In this document: piece after piece, positions 43,612 through 58,105 of the stretch
Layout: each line of letters opens with the position of its first letter
Numbering within the stretch: the first letter of the stretch is position 1
Assembly: GCA_035703635.1 (NCBI GenBank)
Contig: DASSXV010000087.1
Coordinates: 1-64,000, forward strand
Reading direction: 5' to 3'
Origin: Trueperaceae bacterium
Lineage (GTDB): Bacteria; Deinococcota; Deinococci; Deinococcales; Trueperaceae
DNA length: 64,000 nucleotides
Position numbers and translations under genes: made by a program
The notes under the pieces: model-generated
Told to the model about the DNA's origin: nothing
Database searches by the model: none
The model's input: only the letters and a program-made list of their open reading frames with translations

Positions 43612-44168
43612 CGCACGCTGCCCCACAGGCCAGCCAAGTACATCTCCTGGGTGACTATCCCCTGCACCTGATTGCCGTCTAGCACGACGACGAGTTGCTC
43701 GTGCGCCAGGAGTCGCCGCAGGTCGGTGACGGCCATGTCAGCCTCGACCTTCACGAGTTCCTCCCATGAGGTAATGCGGTCGTGGTGGAGGCCCGTAACG
43801 CCGACAGGCACGCCGCCGTCCTGCACGATGACGATGCGGTTAGCCATCATCGTCTGCGCCACTTGAGCGGCGTCGACCACCGGCACTTTGGCGGCCGCGC
43901 GGCCCGTCGTTGGCGGCAAGAGCAACCCGAAGCTGAGGAGCGTGGGGCTCGGCAGGCGCAGGGCGCTGCGCACGTAGATGAGCGCGCCAGAGTAGGCGAG
44001 CAGGAAGACGATGCCTTCGAGGATGCCGGCAGCGTTGAAGTCGCCGAAACCGAGGCGACCGCCGCGGCCCAGTGCCCAGAAGAGTAGCAGTGCGATGAGG
44101 AGTGCGAAGGCGGCTGCAGCTGAAGCGCCTAGCAAGGCAGCTACGCGGAGCTGGGCTGGTCGTCTCAC
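43608..44168 (-). CDS. Membrane protein with degenerate CBS-like C-terminus
   Basis: Two TM helices, then VVLDGNQVQGIVT-type CBS motifs; overlaps the upstream stop. Confidence 0.6.
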   Translation of the reverse strand: MRRPAQLRVAALLGASAAAAFALLIALLLFWALGRGGRLGFGDFNAAGILEGIVFLLAYSGALIYVRSALRLPSPTLLSFGLLLPPTTGRAAAKVPVVDAAQVAQTMMANRIVIVQDGGVPVGVTGLHHDRITSWEELVKVEADMAVTDLRRLLAHEQLVVVLDGNQVQGIVTQEMYLAGLWGSVR

Positions 44169-44977
44169 GGGTCCCTCCTGAGGGCAAGTACCGGCATCTC
44201 GGGCGAGATCGTGCCCGGCAAGTGAGCGGGATCGTCGACGTCTGCTGCAACGCAGGCGTCCGACGTCGGCAAGGCGCGGGCGGGGGCGGCGAGAAGCGCG
44301 CTGACGCGGGCTTCGAGTCGGGCTATGCGCGCCTGGCCGCTAAGCAGCTGAAGGAGAGTGCCGAGCCCCACGATGTTGGCCAGGGCGAACGGGTTCTTGC
44401 GGCCACGGAAGAGCCGGTCGATGAACGGGAGCAGCGCTGGCACGACGTCGCGGCGCAGCAAGACGATGTTGCCCCCTGTGAAGCGCCCGTCCGCCAGGTT
44501 GGCGTAGGTGCGCTTCTGCTGCGGGAACTGGGCCGTGGCGTCCGCCTCGCTCACCACCGGGTAGACGACTTGCGCCTTCCGCCCATCGGCGCCGACCAAC
44601 TCGCTGGCAGCGCCGACGAAGCGCGCGACGGCCGCGCTCGTCAGCCACGGGATGTCAGCGGTAACGAGCAGCACGTCGTCCGTGGCGTCCGGCTCCGCCA
44701 AGGCGGCGCCGAGTCCGAGCGCCAACGAGTCGACCAACCTGTTACCAGCTGGTACGTTCACGTCGTACAACCCCTCGAACTGGCCGTGAGTTTCCCCGAC
44801 GAACACGACGCGGTCTATCACGCCAGACTCACGTAGCGCGGCGAGGACGTACTCGCCGAGCGCCCTGCCACCGAGTGGCACTAGTGCCTTGCTTGGCACG
44901 CCGAGCGTCCGCGCCAGGCGGTCGCTACTGCCGCCACCTGCGAGCACGATGGCGACCCGCTTGCCTGGTTCTTGCAT
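44165..44977 (-). CDS. MobA-like nucleotidyltransferase
   Basis: AIVLAGG, SKALVP, TADIP, FTGGN, DVDDP. Confidence 0.85.
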   Translation of the reverse strand: MQEPGKRVAIVLAGGGSSDRLARTLGVPSKALVPLGGRALGEYVLAALRESGVIDRVVFVGETHGQFEGLYDVNVPAGNRLVDSLALGLGAALAEPDATDDVLLVTADIPWLTSAAVARFVGAASELVGADGRKAQVVYPVVSEADATAQFPQQKRTYANLADGRFTGGNIVLLRRDVVPALLPFIDRLFRGRKNPFALANIVGLGTLLQLLSGQARIARLEARVSALLAAPARALPTSDACVAADVDDPAHLPGTISPEMPVLALRRDP

Positions 44978-45004
44978 GGGCGGATTCTACCGCGCCGCCA
45001 CGAA

Positions 45005-45038
45005 CGTGGCCCGCCGCGCAGTTGCGCAGCGGGCCACG
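45005..45038 (-). terminator. GC-rich hairpin downstream of the PEGA gene
   Basis: CGTGGCCCGC-c-GCGCA/TGCGC-a-GCGGGCCACG. Confidence 0.45.
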
Positions 45039-45059
45039 ACGCTTACCTGCAGCTTGGCG

Positions 45060-46289
45060 TTAGAAGCGTGACTGGCGGACGTTCAGTTCCGCGTCGCGGC
45101 CAGCGCTGACGTTGAAGGTCGTCACGTAGGTGGCGTAGCCGGGGGCAACGACGACGAGCTCGTGCCTGCCTGGCGCAACGTCGGTGACCTGCAGGCGGCC
45201 GCTGCCGTTGGGCAGCATGCCGACTTGGCGGCCGTCGATGAACACCACTGCGCCACCGATGTTGCCTTGGATGGTCACGGAGGCGTTCTGAGCGCGGAGC
45301 TGGGCGTTGACGCTGCGGTTCTCACCACTGCGGGCGTCGAAGCTCACGGAAGTCGACTGGTAGCCGGCCAAGTCGAAGCGCGCCGTGTAGCTGCCAGCCT
45401 CGAAGCGGACCTGCCCTGTCGGCGTGGTGCCGACGTAGTTGCCGTTCACGTAAACGTCCGCGCCGCTAGGGGAGCTGGTGAACGAGACGGTGCCCGCTCG
45501 CCGCTGTTGTGAGAGGCGGGCGCTGACGCTCTGCGTCTGGCCGGCGCGCACGTCGACCGTGGTGGTGAACGTGTCGTAACCGTCGCGCTCGATGCTCACG
45601 TTGTGCCGGCCGATGGCCGCGCCGAAGCTCAGTGGGGTGTAGCCGATGAAGGTCCCGTCAAGGTAGACGGACGCACGGCTAGGGTTGGACTGGAAGTCGA
45701 TGTTGCCGAACTGCGGTTGGGACGGTTGGGTGCCGACGTTGTAAAGCACCGTGTCCGTGACCCAGTCGTTCTGCGTGACGGGGCGCACGACGATGGCGAA
45801 GCTCTGGATGAAACCCTGCTCGCCGATGGTGCTCTGCGCGAACAAGTCACCTTCGCGCTGGAAACGGGCGAGGGTGGACGTGTCGAGCTGCGACTTGCTG
45901 GCGATGGCGATGACCTTCGAGAGGCCGAGCGGCGGCGCGATGTTGAAGACGTAGCGTGCGCCAGCTGGTGGGAAGGTGCGGGTCTCGTTGGCGTTCACGT
46001 AGTTGGAGTTGTCGTAGCTGTTCGGGAAGATCTGGGTGATCTCGCCGTTAGGCCGCACATCGAAGACGTAGATCCACGAGGACGCGTCGGGGCGGACGCT
46101 GATCTTTATCTCCTCGCCGACCTGGTAGGTGGGCGTTCCTTGCCCTGATGTGTCGCGGTCCAACCAGACCTGCACCCCGAAGGATGGCGCTGGGTTGACG
46201 ACGATTGCCTGAGGGCTCACTACGAAGCCTTGCGCGAATACCGTTGATGCTAGCCCGAGTAGCAGGATGGCTCCGAAGAGTCTCTTCAT
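45060..46289 (-). CDS. Exported DUF4384 + PEGA-domain (S-layer-like) protein
   Basis: Signal peptide; SPQAIVVNP, YQVGEEI, IFPN; repeated SxPxGAxVYxxG PEGA units. Confidence 0.85.
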   Translation of the reverse strand: MKRLFGAILLLGLASTVFAQGFVVSPQAIVVNPAPSFGVQVWLDRDTSGQGTPTYQVGEEIKISVRPDASSWIYVFDVRPNGEITQIFPNSYDNSNYVNANETRTFPPAGARYVFNIAPPLGLSKVIAIASKSQLDTSTLARFQREGDLFAQSTIGEQGFIQSFAIVVRPVTQNDWVTDTVLYNVGTQPSQPQFGNIDFQSNPSRASVYLDGTFIGYTPLSFGAAIGRHNVSIERDGYDTFTTTVDVRAGQTQSVSARLSQQRRAGTVSFTSSPSGADVYVNGNYVGTTPTGQVRFEAGSYTARFDLAGYQSTSVSFDARSGENRSVNAQLRAQNASVTIQGNIGGAVVFIDGRQVGMLPNGSGRLQVTDVAPGRHELVVVAPGYATYVTTFNVSAGRDAELNVRQSRF

Positions 46290-46398
46290 GACCTGCCCCC
46301 TTTCTCGCTGAAGCCTAGCACCGTGCTCCTGACTGGCATGATGGGGGCCTTAAAGCCTTCTTCATGGAATGAGGGCCGCCTCCGGATAACATCGGCTC

Positions 46399-47139
46399 AT
46401 GCAGACACCCACTCGTGAACCCGCTTGGCGAGCCCGCTTCATGCGCCGCGCCGCTGCAATGGTGGCAGTTCTTGCGTTGGCGGCGTCGCCGGCGCTAGCG
46501 CAGGCCCTCGACGTCGACACCGTCTTGGCCAACGTAACGGCCGCGGCACGCGCACTCAAGGACGCCTCGTTCCTGCTCACGGGCAAGCTAGTAGACACCG
46601 ACGGCACTACCATCACCCTCGAGATCGAGATCGAGGTCGTCCCGCCGGAGAGCCTGGCGCGGGCGTACATCGTGCAGCCGGACGCCCTCGCGGACAACGA
46701 GATAGTCCTGGACGGCCCCGCCGTATACAACTACACGTTCCTGACGAACCAGGTGATGGTCTTCGACGCCGACGATCCGGACGCCCTCGGTGGGCTGTTA
46801 CCCAAGGGCGAGGACGGTGCCAGCGCCGAGATCTCGCTCGACCTTGGCACCATCTTCGCGGGTTACGACGCCAGCCTCGACTCAGTTGAGAAGGGCGCGA
46901 ACGGCGACGTCTACGTCGTGAAGTTCGCCAACAAGGACCCGAGTGCCCTGGTGCTCGACGTCACGGCGCGGATCGACGCCTCAGACTGGCTGCCGCGCCA
47001 ACTGGTGTTCATGCAGGCCGACGGCCACGTGCTGGCGGAACTCAACGCCGAGAACCTCGAGATCGACACTGGCCTCGACCCGGCCAAGGTGAGGCAACTC
47101 CCGGCGGACGCCGAAGTCATAGACAATCGCCACCGCTGA
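46399..47139 (+). CDS. LolA-like lipoprotein carrier-fold protein
   Basis: Signal peptide; QPDALADN, YNYTFLTNQV, C-terminal LPADAEVI. Confidence 0.7.
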   Translation: MQTPTREPAWRARFMRRAAAMVAVLALAASPALAQALDVDTVLANVTAAARALKDASFLLTGKLVDTDGTTITLEIEIEVVPPESLARAYIVQPDALADNEIVLDGPAVYNYTFLTNQVMVFDADDPDALGGLLPKGEDGASAEISLDLGTIFAGYDASLDSVEKGANGDVYVVKFANKDPSALVLDVTARIDASDWLPRQLVFMQADGHVLAELNAENLEIDTGLDPAKVRQLPADAEVIDNRHR

Positions 47140-47163
47140 CCGACCCCTGGGCCGGCCGCCGGC

Positions 47164-48546
<1,383 letters not shown>

Positions 48547-48691
48547 CGGTCTTGCCTCCATATGGACGCGGTGAGCGCTTGCGGCCACCGCGGGCTGCTC
48601 CCATGCTACCTACTACCGCCCAAGCGCCTCCCCCAGTGAGAACCGCGCGCGAGGAACCGCGCCTGCGCCCCCGCGACTCGGAAGCTTGGAG

Positions 48692-49672
48692 CTAGGGCTT
48701 GAGCGCGAAGCGGAGTGCCGGCGCCATGCCGTTACGCCAGTTGGTCCAGTTATGTCCGGCGTGGCGCTCGACCATGGCCGTTTCGACCCCGCGCGCCTCG
48801 AGCGCAGCGTGAACGCTGCGGTTGATGTCGGTCAGCCACTCGATGGTGCCGACCTCGAGGTACCAACGCGCAGGCAGTTCCGTCTGCCGATCGCGGAGGC
48901 GCTCGAGCAGCCGCGAGTTACGGGTCGCGTAGTACTCCTTGTGCTCCGGCTCGCCGAGGAACGCGCCGGAGAACGTAACGACGCTGGCGGCCAGATCCGG
49001 TCGTGCCAGCGCGGCGTTGGCCGATGCCAACCCGCCTAAGCTCGCCCCGAGCCACACGTTCTCACCCGTGCCTGGCCCAACGGCCTCGACCGCAGGTAGC
49101 AGCTCAGCCAACAAGAACTCCAGGTAGGCGTCCGAGTAGCCGTACTCCTCGCGCCTGTCGACGGGTTCCACGAACGCGTACCGCGCTGGTCGCGCTTCGC
49201 CGCGGGCTACCAGCGCCTCGCCGACGAGGTGGATGCCGGCCAGGCGGTCGAAGGCCACGCCGTCTTGCACGACCACGAGCGGTAGTGGCGCGCCCTCATG
49301 CCCTCTCGGGGTGTAGACGTTAACGCGGCGCAACTGGCCGCCAAGCGCGGCGCTCGTTAGCCGCAAGCGGTCGCGCTGCCCGCGCTCGAGCTCTCTGTCT
49401 GGCGTCGAGAACGGATCGGGTCGGTAATCGGGGCCGCTCAGCGCGCTGGCGCTCGGGTACCAAGGGTTGTCCGCCTTGACACCGTTGCTAGGGTCGGCGC
49501 GCAGCTTGCCTTGGGCATCAACGAAGCCGTACTCGAAGTAACCGTCGTCTGGCACCTCGAAGTCAACGGTCGGCGTTTCGCTCGGTTCTAGCGGTACTGG
49601 TGCGCGCTCCATGTCCGTGTCGTCTGAAGCTAGTTGCTGCGCCCAATCGGGGACGGCGACAGTCACTCTCAT
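48692..49672 (-). CDS. Esterase (enterochelin-esterase-like alpha/beta hydrolase)
   Basis: VYTP, VVQDG, GASLGG, GHNWTNWR. Confidence 0.85.
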   Translation of the reverse strand: MRVTVAVPDWAQQLASDDTDMERAPVPLEPSETPTVDFEVPDDGYFEYGFVDAQGKLRADPSNGVKADNPWYPSASALSGPDYRPDPFSTPDRELERGQRDRLRLTSAALGGQLRRVNVYTPRGHEGAPLPLVVVQDGVAFDRLAGIHLVGEALVARGEARPARYAFVEPVDRREEYGYSDAYLEFLLAELLPAVEAVGPGTGENVWLGASLGGLASANAALARPDLAASVVTFSGAFLGEPEHKEYYATRNSRLLERLRDRQTELPARWYLEVGTIEWLTDINRSVHAALEARGVETAMVERHAGHNWTNWRNGMAPALRFALKP

Positions 49673-49734
49673 GCGGGGAGTCTAGCTCGGGGCGCCTCCT
49701 GGCCGGGGTAGCGCGGCGGGGTTAGACTCGGCGA

Positions 49735-50901
49735 ATGACGCATGACCGCTACGATGACCTCTCGCTATCTGCGCTCCAGGCCAGGCCTGGCGCCAAGTGG
49801 CGTCACTTCCCACCCGACGTGTTGCCCCTGTGGGTCGCAGAGATGGACTTCCCCCTCGCTGACGCCGTCAAGGACGCCATCACGGCTAGCTTGCAGGCGG
49901 ATGACCTCTGTTACCCAGTCGCCAAGGGCGTCCCTGACCTGCGCGAGGCGGTAGCTGAGCGGCTCACAGCCAAGCACGGCCTCAAGCTGCAGGCGGATAA
50001 CGTCGAGCCGCTCGCGACTACCGGCACCGGCCTCAACTTGGCGACACGCGCCTTCGCAGGGCCTGGCGACGAGGTGCTGCTCCTCACGCCCCTCTACCCG
50101 CCGTTCAAGAACGCCGTCGAGACGGCGGGCCGCGTACCAGTAGAGGTCGAGTTGCGCCGCGAGGACCAAGGTTACGTCATCGACTTCGACGCGCTCGAAG
50201 CCGCAGTCACGCCAGCCACGCGCATGCTCATGCTGTGCAGCCCTCACAACCCCATCGGGAAGGTGTTCACGCGCGCCGAACTCGAGGGCCTCGCTGACTT
50301 CGCGCTGCGCCACAACCTGTGGATCGTGAGTGACGACCTGCACGCCGACCTGCTGTTCGACGGCAAGCACGTGCCCATCGCGAGCCTCGCGCCCGCGGTA
50401 GCGGCACGCACCGTCACGCTGTACGGGCCAACCAAGGCCTTCAACATCCCCGGCCTGAAGATCTCGTTCGCCGTATCGAACAACCCGGCGCTGCTCAAGC
50501 GCCTCACGGCCGTCGGCCGCGGCCTCGTGCCGGGCCCCAACGTCCTCGCCCAGGTCGCCACGGTCGGCGCTTACCGGCACGGCGACGCGTGGCTGGCGGA
50601 CACTCTCGCGTACCTACGCGGCAACCGCGATCTGCTCATCGATTACGTCAGGGAGCACCTACCGCAGGTCGCCGTTCACGTTCCGGCCGCCACCTACCTC
50701 GGTTGGCTCGACATGCGCGGCACCGACCTTGGCGCCAAGCCTGGTGCGGCACTTGCCGAGCGGGCCAAGGTCGGCCTGAACGAGGGCGCAGACTTCGGCG
50801 CTGGCGGGGAAGGCTTCGTGCGGCTCAACTTCGCCACCTCGCGCGCCATCTTGCAAGAGGCGCTCGAGCGCATGGCCGCCACCATCAACCAGCGGGCCTG
50901 A
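49735..50901 (+). CDS. MalY/PatB-family PLP-dependent C-S lyase
   Basis: LPLWVAEMDF, CSPHNPIG, SDDLHADL, TKAFNIPG, TYLGWLD, RLNFA. Confidence 0.92.
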   Translation: MTHDRYDDLSLSALQARPGAKWRHFPPDVLPLWVAEMDFPLADAVKDAITASLQADDLCYPVAKGVPDLREAVAERLTAKHGLKLQADNVEPLATTGTGLNLATRAFAGPGDEVLLLTPLYPPFKNAVETAGRVPVEVELRREDQGYVIDFDALEAAVTPATRMLMLCSPHNPIGKVFTRAELEGLADFALRHNLWIVSDDLHADLLFDGKHVPIASLAPAVAARTVTLYGPTKAFNIPGLKISFAVSNNPALLKRLTAVGRGLVPGPNVLAQVATVGAYRHGDAWLADTLAYLRGNRDLLIDYVREHLPQVAVHVPAATYLGWLDMRGTDLGAKPGAALAERAKVGLNEGADFGAGGEGFVRLNFATSRAILQEALERMAATINQRA

Positions 50902-50944
50902 CCACGAAGACCAGCGGCCGCATTCACCTTCGGAGGCGAGGCAC

Positions 50945-52138
50945 GTGAGCACCGTCCCTACACTGCGCCTCGCTCCTGGGCTGGAATCTGCGCTGCGCTC
51001 CGGGCACCCTTGGGTGTACAGGAATCACCTCCCGGACCACGCGCTGCGGGGCAGCGAATGGGTGCGGGTCGAGGCAGGCAGGGCGGCGGCCTACGGTGTT
51101 TACGACGCCAACGGCGCCATCGGCGTCAGGCTCTTCGGGTCAGAACTGCCGACGGCAGCCACCATCGCGAGGCGCGTTGCAGACGCCATCTTATTGCGCG
51201 CGCACCTGCCGGCGGCAGGCAACGACGCTTACCGCGTGCTGCACGGCGAAGGCGACTACCTTCCTGGCATCGTGTGCGACCGTTACGGGCGCTACGCCGT
51301 TATGAAACGCTACGCCTCGTCCCTAGACAGGCTCCTCCCCCAAGTCGCCAAGGAGGTGGGCACGCGGCTCAAGCTCAAGGGCGTCGTCTTGCGCGGCGAG
51401 TTGGCCGACGAGGAAGAAGCGCAAGCGGGCGAAGCAGGCAGGCAGAGCGAGGGACTGACGGCCCTGTGGGGCGAGCTACCGCCACCCGAGCTGACGGTCA
51501 CCGAGAACCACCTGCGCTTCGTCGCGGACCCGTGGCGCGGCCAGAAGACGGGCATGTTCCTCGATCAGCGCGATAACCGCCAGCTCGTGCGGCAGTTGGC
51601 AGCGGGCAAGCGCGTGCTCAACCTCTTCGCCTATCAAGGCGGGTTCAGCGTCTACGCGCTCGCGGGCGGCGCGCAGTCCGTCGTCAGCGTCGATCAGGCG
51701 CGCGCCGCCCTCGAGGCGGCGGAGGAGAACGTCAGCCTCAACGGTCCGTTCGCGGGCAGTCACAGCGCGTTGGCTACCGACATCTTCGCGTCCCTGCCGG
51801 TATGGGCGGAAGCGGAACCGCGTTATGACCTCGTCATCCTCGATCCGCCATCGTTGGCTAACAGCGCGCTGCAGCGTAGGCGCGCGCAACGCGCGTACCT
51901 CAAGCTGAACCGCGACGCCTTCCGCCTCGTCAGCCCGGGCGGGCTGCTGGTAACGGCCTCGTGCACGGCTCAAGTGGCACCGGACGCCTTCAAGGAAGTC
52001 GTGGCGGAGGCGGCGCTGGCCGCCAACGTGCGGGCGCAGGTCGTGGCCGAGAACGGTCACGCAAGCGATCACCCGGTGCCGCTCTCGTTCCCTGAGGGGC
52101 GTTACTTGAAGTTCATGGTGCTGCGCGTGTTGGCCTGA
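50945..52138 (+). CDS. RlmI-like SAM-dependent rRNA methyltransferase
   Basis: GHPWVY, HGEGD.LPG, GQKTGMFLDQR, LDPP, ASC, PEGRYLK. Confidence 0.9.
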   Translation: MSTVPTLRLAPGLESALRSGHPWVYRNHLPDHALRGSEWVRVEAGRAAAYGVYDANGAIGVRLFGSELPTAATIARRVADAILLRAHLPAAGNDAYRVLHGEGDYLPGIVCDRYGRYAVMKRYASSLDRLLPQVAKEVGTRLKLKGVVLRGELADEEEAQAGEAGRQSEGLTALWGELPPPELTVTENHLRFVADPWRGQKTGMFLDQRDNRQLVRQLAAGKRVLNLFAYQGGFSVYALAGGAQSVVSVDQARAALEAAEENVSLNGPFAGSHSALATDIFASLPVWAEAEPRYDLVILDPPSLANSALQRRRAQRAYLKLNRDAFRLVSPGGLLVTASCTAQVAPDAFKEVVAEAALAANVRAQVVAENGHASDHPVPLSFPEGRYLKFMVLRVLA

Positions 52139-52962
52139 AGCCACTCGACCAGCAGGCGCTTGAACTCTTGCGGCGTGCCCGTGGCGGGGTCGTCGTGGTG
52201 CAACTCGTGATAACCGCCGGGAAGCTCTGCGAGGTGGACGAGCGGGTTGGCCGCCGCCAGCTCGCGGGCGCCGGCAGGGTCGGCGATACCGTCAGCGCTA
52301 CCCACGATCACGAGCGTTGGGGTGCTGAGATCGGCCGCGCGGCCGCGTAAGTGACTGCCCTGCTCGAGCATGGTGTGCCCGGCGTTGGCGCGCACGCCCC
52401 CATGGTAGACGAGGGGGTCGTTGCGGTAACGCTCTACCTCCGCCTGCTCGCGCGAGATGAGCGCGGGATCGAGGGCCGCGACGGGCAGGTTGGGGGCCAG
52501 TCGAGAGATCACGCCGGCCAGGCGGTTAAGGAGCGCGGAGCGCTGCACTGCGTCCTTGAGGAACGGCGAGGACAACGCTAGCGCCGTCACGTCGTTCGGG
52601 TGCTCAAGCGTGTAACGCAACGCGATGGCGCCCCCCATCGAGTGACCGAAGAGCAGTGCGGGCAGCTCTGGATCGGTGGCGCGCGCCAGCCTGAAGAGCT
52701 CGTGAAGGTCGGAGATCAGCGGCGCGAAGCTTGGCACGCTGCCGCGCACGCCAGGGCTCTCGCCGTGACCGCGCAAGTCGAGAGCGAACACGTCACAGCC
52801 GGCTTCCTGCGCGGCGCGCGCCAGGCCAGCGTGGCGCGTGGCGTGTTCCCCGTAGCCGTGAACGATGATCAACGCGCCGACCGGATGCTCAACCGGCCAA
52901 CGGTAGAGCGCGAGCTTGACGCCGTCGCTGGCCGTGAGGGTCGTCCGGGTCGGCATCGTCAT
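52102..52962 (-). CDS. Lysophospholipase / monoacylglycerol lipase
   Basis: VHGYGEH, DLRGHG, GHSMGG, YHELH; 3' end overlaps the convergent methyltransferase gene by 37 bp. Confidence 0.88.
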   Translation of the reverse strand: MTMPTRTTLTASDGVKLALYRWPVEHPVGALIIVHGYGEHATRHAGLARAAQEAGCDVFALDLRGHGESPGVRGSVPSFAPLISDLHELFRLARATDPELPALLFGHSMGGAIALRYTLEHPNDVTALALSSPFLKDAVQRSALLNRLAGVISRLAPNLPVAALDPALISREQAEVERYRNDPLVYHGGVRANAGHTMLEQGSHLRGRAADLSTPTLVIVGSADGIADPAGARELAAANPLVHLAELPGGYHELHHDDPATGTPQEFKRLLVEWLQANTRSTMNFK

Positions 52963-52964
52963 CG

Positions 52965-54047
52965 TCAGTCTTCGTCCGCGAGGAGCACTACGTTCACGTC
53001 CTCCATGACGGGGTTGGAGAGCAGGTCGGCGGCTAGCTCCTTCACCTGTCGCATGACCGCGTTCGGCGCGCCCGTGACGTCTAGGAGGATGCGCTTGCCG
53101 ACGCGCACGTTCTTCACGTTCTCGTGACCCAAGCGGTTGAGGGTCGCCTCCACCGCGCGGCCCTGCGGGTCGAGGATGGAGCGCTTGAGCATGACGTCGA
53201 CCTCGGCACGTAACGCGGCGGGGCCAGCGTGGTCGTGATCGTGGTCGTGGTCGTGGTCCACGGTCTGCCACGCCCCCTGCTCGTGCGCGGCGGCCTCGAG
53301 GTGGCCGCTCACGATGGCGTCGTCTTGCTCCGTCAGTTGCGTGACGCGCCTAGCGACCTCCTGGTACGCCTCCTCCACCCCGCCGAGGTCGCGCCGGAAA
53401 CGGTCCTTGTCTAGCTTCTCACCGGTAACTAAGTCCCACAGGCGGCAAGTGTCGGGGCTAATCTCGTCAGCCAATAGGACGTTGCCGTCCTCGTCGATGC
53501 CGAACTCGAGCTTGAAGTCGACGAGGTCGAGGCCGCGCGCCGCGAAGAACGGCTTGAGGAGCTCGTTGATCTCGGCGGTCAACTCGAACATCTCCTCTAG
53601 TACCTCCGGCGCGACCACGCCAAGCGCGACGGCCGCCGCGTCATTGATGGGTGGGTCGCCAAGGGCGTCGTTCTTGAGGCACCACTCCACCACGACGGGC
53701 ATGAGCTCGCCGCCCTCTGGCACGCCGTAGCGTTGCGCGAACGAGCCGGCAGCGCGGTTGCGCACGACGACCTCGAGAGGCACGATGGCCACGGCCGTCA
53801 CCAACTGCTCGCCAGGCGCAACCAACGACACGAGGTGAGTTGGAATGCCTGCCTTGGCTAGGAACGCGAAGATGTGCGCCGACACCTCGGCGTTGATCAC
53901 GCCCTTGCCAGCCACGGTCCCGCGCTTCTGGGCGTTGAAAGCCGTGGCGTCGTCCTTGTACTCGACGAGGTAGAGGCTCGGGTCGGTGGTGGCGAAGACC
54001 TTCTTGGCCTTGCCCTCGTAGCGCAGTTCAGTGCGTTGTGGGCTCAC
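52965..54047 (-). CDS. purC: SAICAR synthetase fused to FGAM synthase subunit PurS
   Basis: Pur[38 protein letters not shown]. Pur[20 protein letters not shown]. His/Asp-rich linker between. Confidence 0.92.
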   Translation of the reverse strand: MSPQRTELRYEGKAKKVFATTDPSLYLVEYKDDATAFNAQKRGTVAGKGVINAEVSAHIFAFLAKAGIPTHLVSLVAPGEQLVTAVAIVPLEVVVRNRAAGSFAQRYGVPEGGELMPVVVEWCLKNDALGDPPINDAAAVALGVVAPEVLEEMFELTAEINELLKPFFAARGLDLVDFKLEFGIDEDGNVLLADEISPDTCRLWDLVTGEKLDKDRFRRDLGGVEEAYQEVARRVTQLTEQDDAIVSGHLEAAAHEQGAWQTVDHDHDHDHDHAGPAALRAEVDVMLKRSILDPQGRAVEATLNRLGHENVKNVRVGKRILLDVTGAPNAVMRQVKELAADLLSNPVMEDVNVVLLADED

Positions 54048-54067
54048 GCCAGGATGATATCAGGCGC

Positions 54068-55372
54068 TCACAGGCCGTTGCGGGCGAAGATGTCATCCAC
54101 GAAGCGTAGGTACCAGTCGGGGCTGAACGCCTTGCTCAGCTCGGCGGCGCTTAACGGCATGTCTGGTTCGGCGGCGAGCAGGGCTTGCAGGTGCTCGCCA
54201 GACTCCCAGCAGCGCAAGCTGGCGCGCTGCACGACACCGTACGCCGCCTCGCGGCTCATGCCTGCCTCGATGAGGAGGTGAAGCACTCGCTGCGAGTAAA
54301 CGAGGCCATTGAGGGCGTCAAGGTTCTCGGCCATGCGCTCCTCGTAGACCACGAGTCCGTCCAGCACACCGCTCAAGCGTCTCAGGGCGTAAACGGCCAG
54401 CGTGGTCGTGTCTGGGAGGATCACGCGTTCTGCTGCCGAGTGACTGATGTCGCGCTCGTGCCATAAAGCCACGTTCTCGAGCGCCGCCTGCAAGTTGGAG
54501 CGCATGATCCGCGCGACGCCAGTAAGGTTCTCGCTGGCGATGGGGTTCTTCTTGTGAGGCATCGAAGACGAACCCGTCTGCCCGACCGTGAAGCCTTCTT
54601 GCGCTTCGCGCACCTCAGTGCGCTGCAAGTGCCTGATCTCGATGGCAACGCGTTCGATGCTCGTGCCAAGGATAGCGAGGGCCGCCATGACCTCGGCGTG
54701 CCTGTCGCGCGCCACCGTCTGGTTCGTGATGGGGTCTGGCGTGAGGCCGAGCGCCTCCGCGACCGCGATCTCGACTGCCGGCGGGACGTGCGCGTATGTT
54801 CCAACCGAGCCGGAGAGCATCACCACGCTCACCGCTTCCTTGGCGCGCTCGAGCCTCGCCTCGTCGCGCTCGAAGGCCGCCGCGAAGTTGAGGAACTTGA
54901 GCCCGAACGTCATCGGCTCAGCGTGAATGCCGTGGGTGCGACCGATGCACGGCAAGTGGCGGTAGCGCTGCGCGAGTGCCCGCAGCTTGTGCTTGACCTC
55001 ACTAGTGGCCTCGAGGATGGTGGACAGCGCCTTGGTAAGCACGATGTTCTGCGCCGTGTCGACCACGTCCGTGCTCGTCAACCCGTAGTGGACGTAACGC
55101 GCGCCGTCACCGAGCCGCTCGCTTAGGGCGCGGGTGAACGCCACGATGTCGTGGCGCGTCTCCGCCTCGATGGTCGCCACGCGCTCGGCGAACGCGTCGT
55201 CGAGCGGGTTGGCTTCCGCCGCACGGCGCAACGCGGCCGCGGTCCCGGCAGGCACCTCGCCTAGGTCCTCCCACGCTGCGGTCGCGGCGAGCTCCACTTC
55301 CAACCAGGTCCGGTAGCGCTCCGCCTCGCTCCACAGGCGCCGCATGTCTGGGGTGCTGTAGCGTTCTAGCAT
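54068..55372 (-). CDS. purB: Adenylosuccinate lyase
   Basis: TRHDIVAF, HYGLTSTD, GRTHGIHAEP, GSSSMPHKKNP, WHERDISHS. Confidence 0.96.
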   Translation of the reverse strand: MLERYSTPDMRRLWSEAERYRTWLEVELAATAAWEDLGEVPAGTAAALRRAAEANPLDDAFAERVATIEAETRHDIVAFTRALSERLGDGARYVHYGLTSTDVVDTAQNIVLTKALSTILEATSEVKHKLRALAQRYRHLPCIGRTHGIHAEPMTFGLKFLNFAAAFERDEARLERAKEAVSVVMLSGSVGTYAHVPPAVEIAVAEALGLTPDPITNQTVARDRHAEVMAALAILGTSIERVAIEIRHLQRTEVREAQEGFTVGQTGSSSMPHKKNPIASENLTGVARIMRSNLQAALENVALWHERDISHSAAERVILPDTTTLAVYALRRLSGVLDGLVVYEERMAENLDALNGLVYSQRVLHLLIEAGMSREAAYGVVQRASLRCWESGEHLQALLAAEPDMPLSAAELSKAFSPDWYLRFVDDIFARNGL

Positions 55373-55585
55373 CTCGTAGCAAACTAACACGGGCCCAGCA
55401 GCGGACCTGACCGCCGTCCGCTTCGTCGTTCGGGTCGGCGCAAGTGGTAGAATCGTCTGTCAGGCCGCCTACCGGCGCGCGGCCCCAAGTAACCTCCTAC
55501 CGCAACTCTGCTGGCCCAAGCTCACCCTGGTCAGTACGCGCGTTGGACGTGCCGTGGGGCCAGCCAGCAGGCAACGGAGGTCACG

Positions 55586-58030
<2,445 letters not shown>

Positions 58031-58105
58031 GCAGCCGGCGCGCCGTTGGCCACCACGGCAACGGCGCATGCCGCTAGCAGACGGACACCTTGGTAGTATG
58101 CCGGG

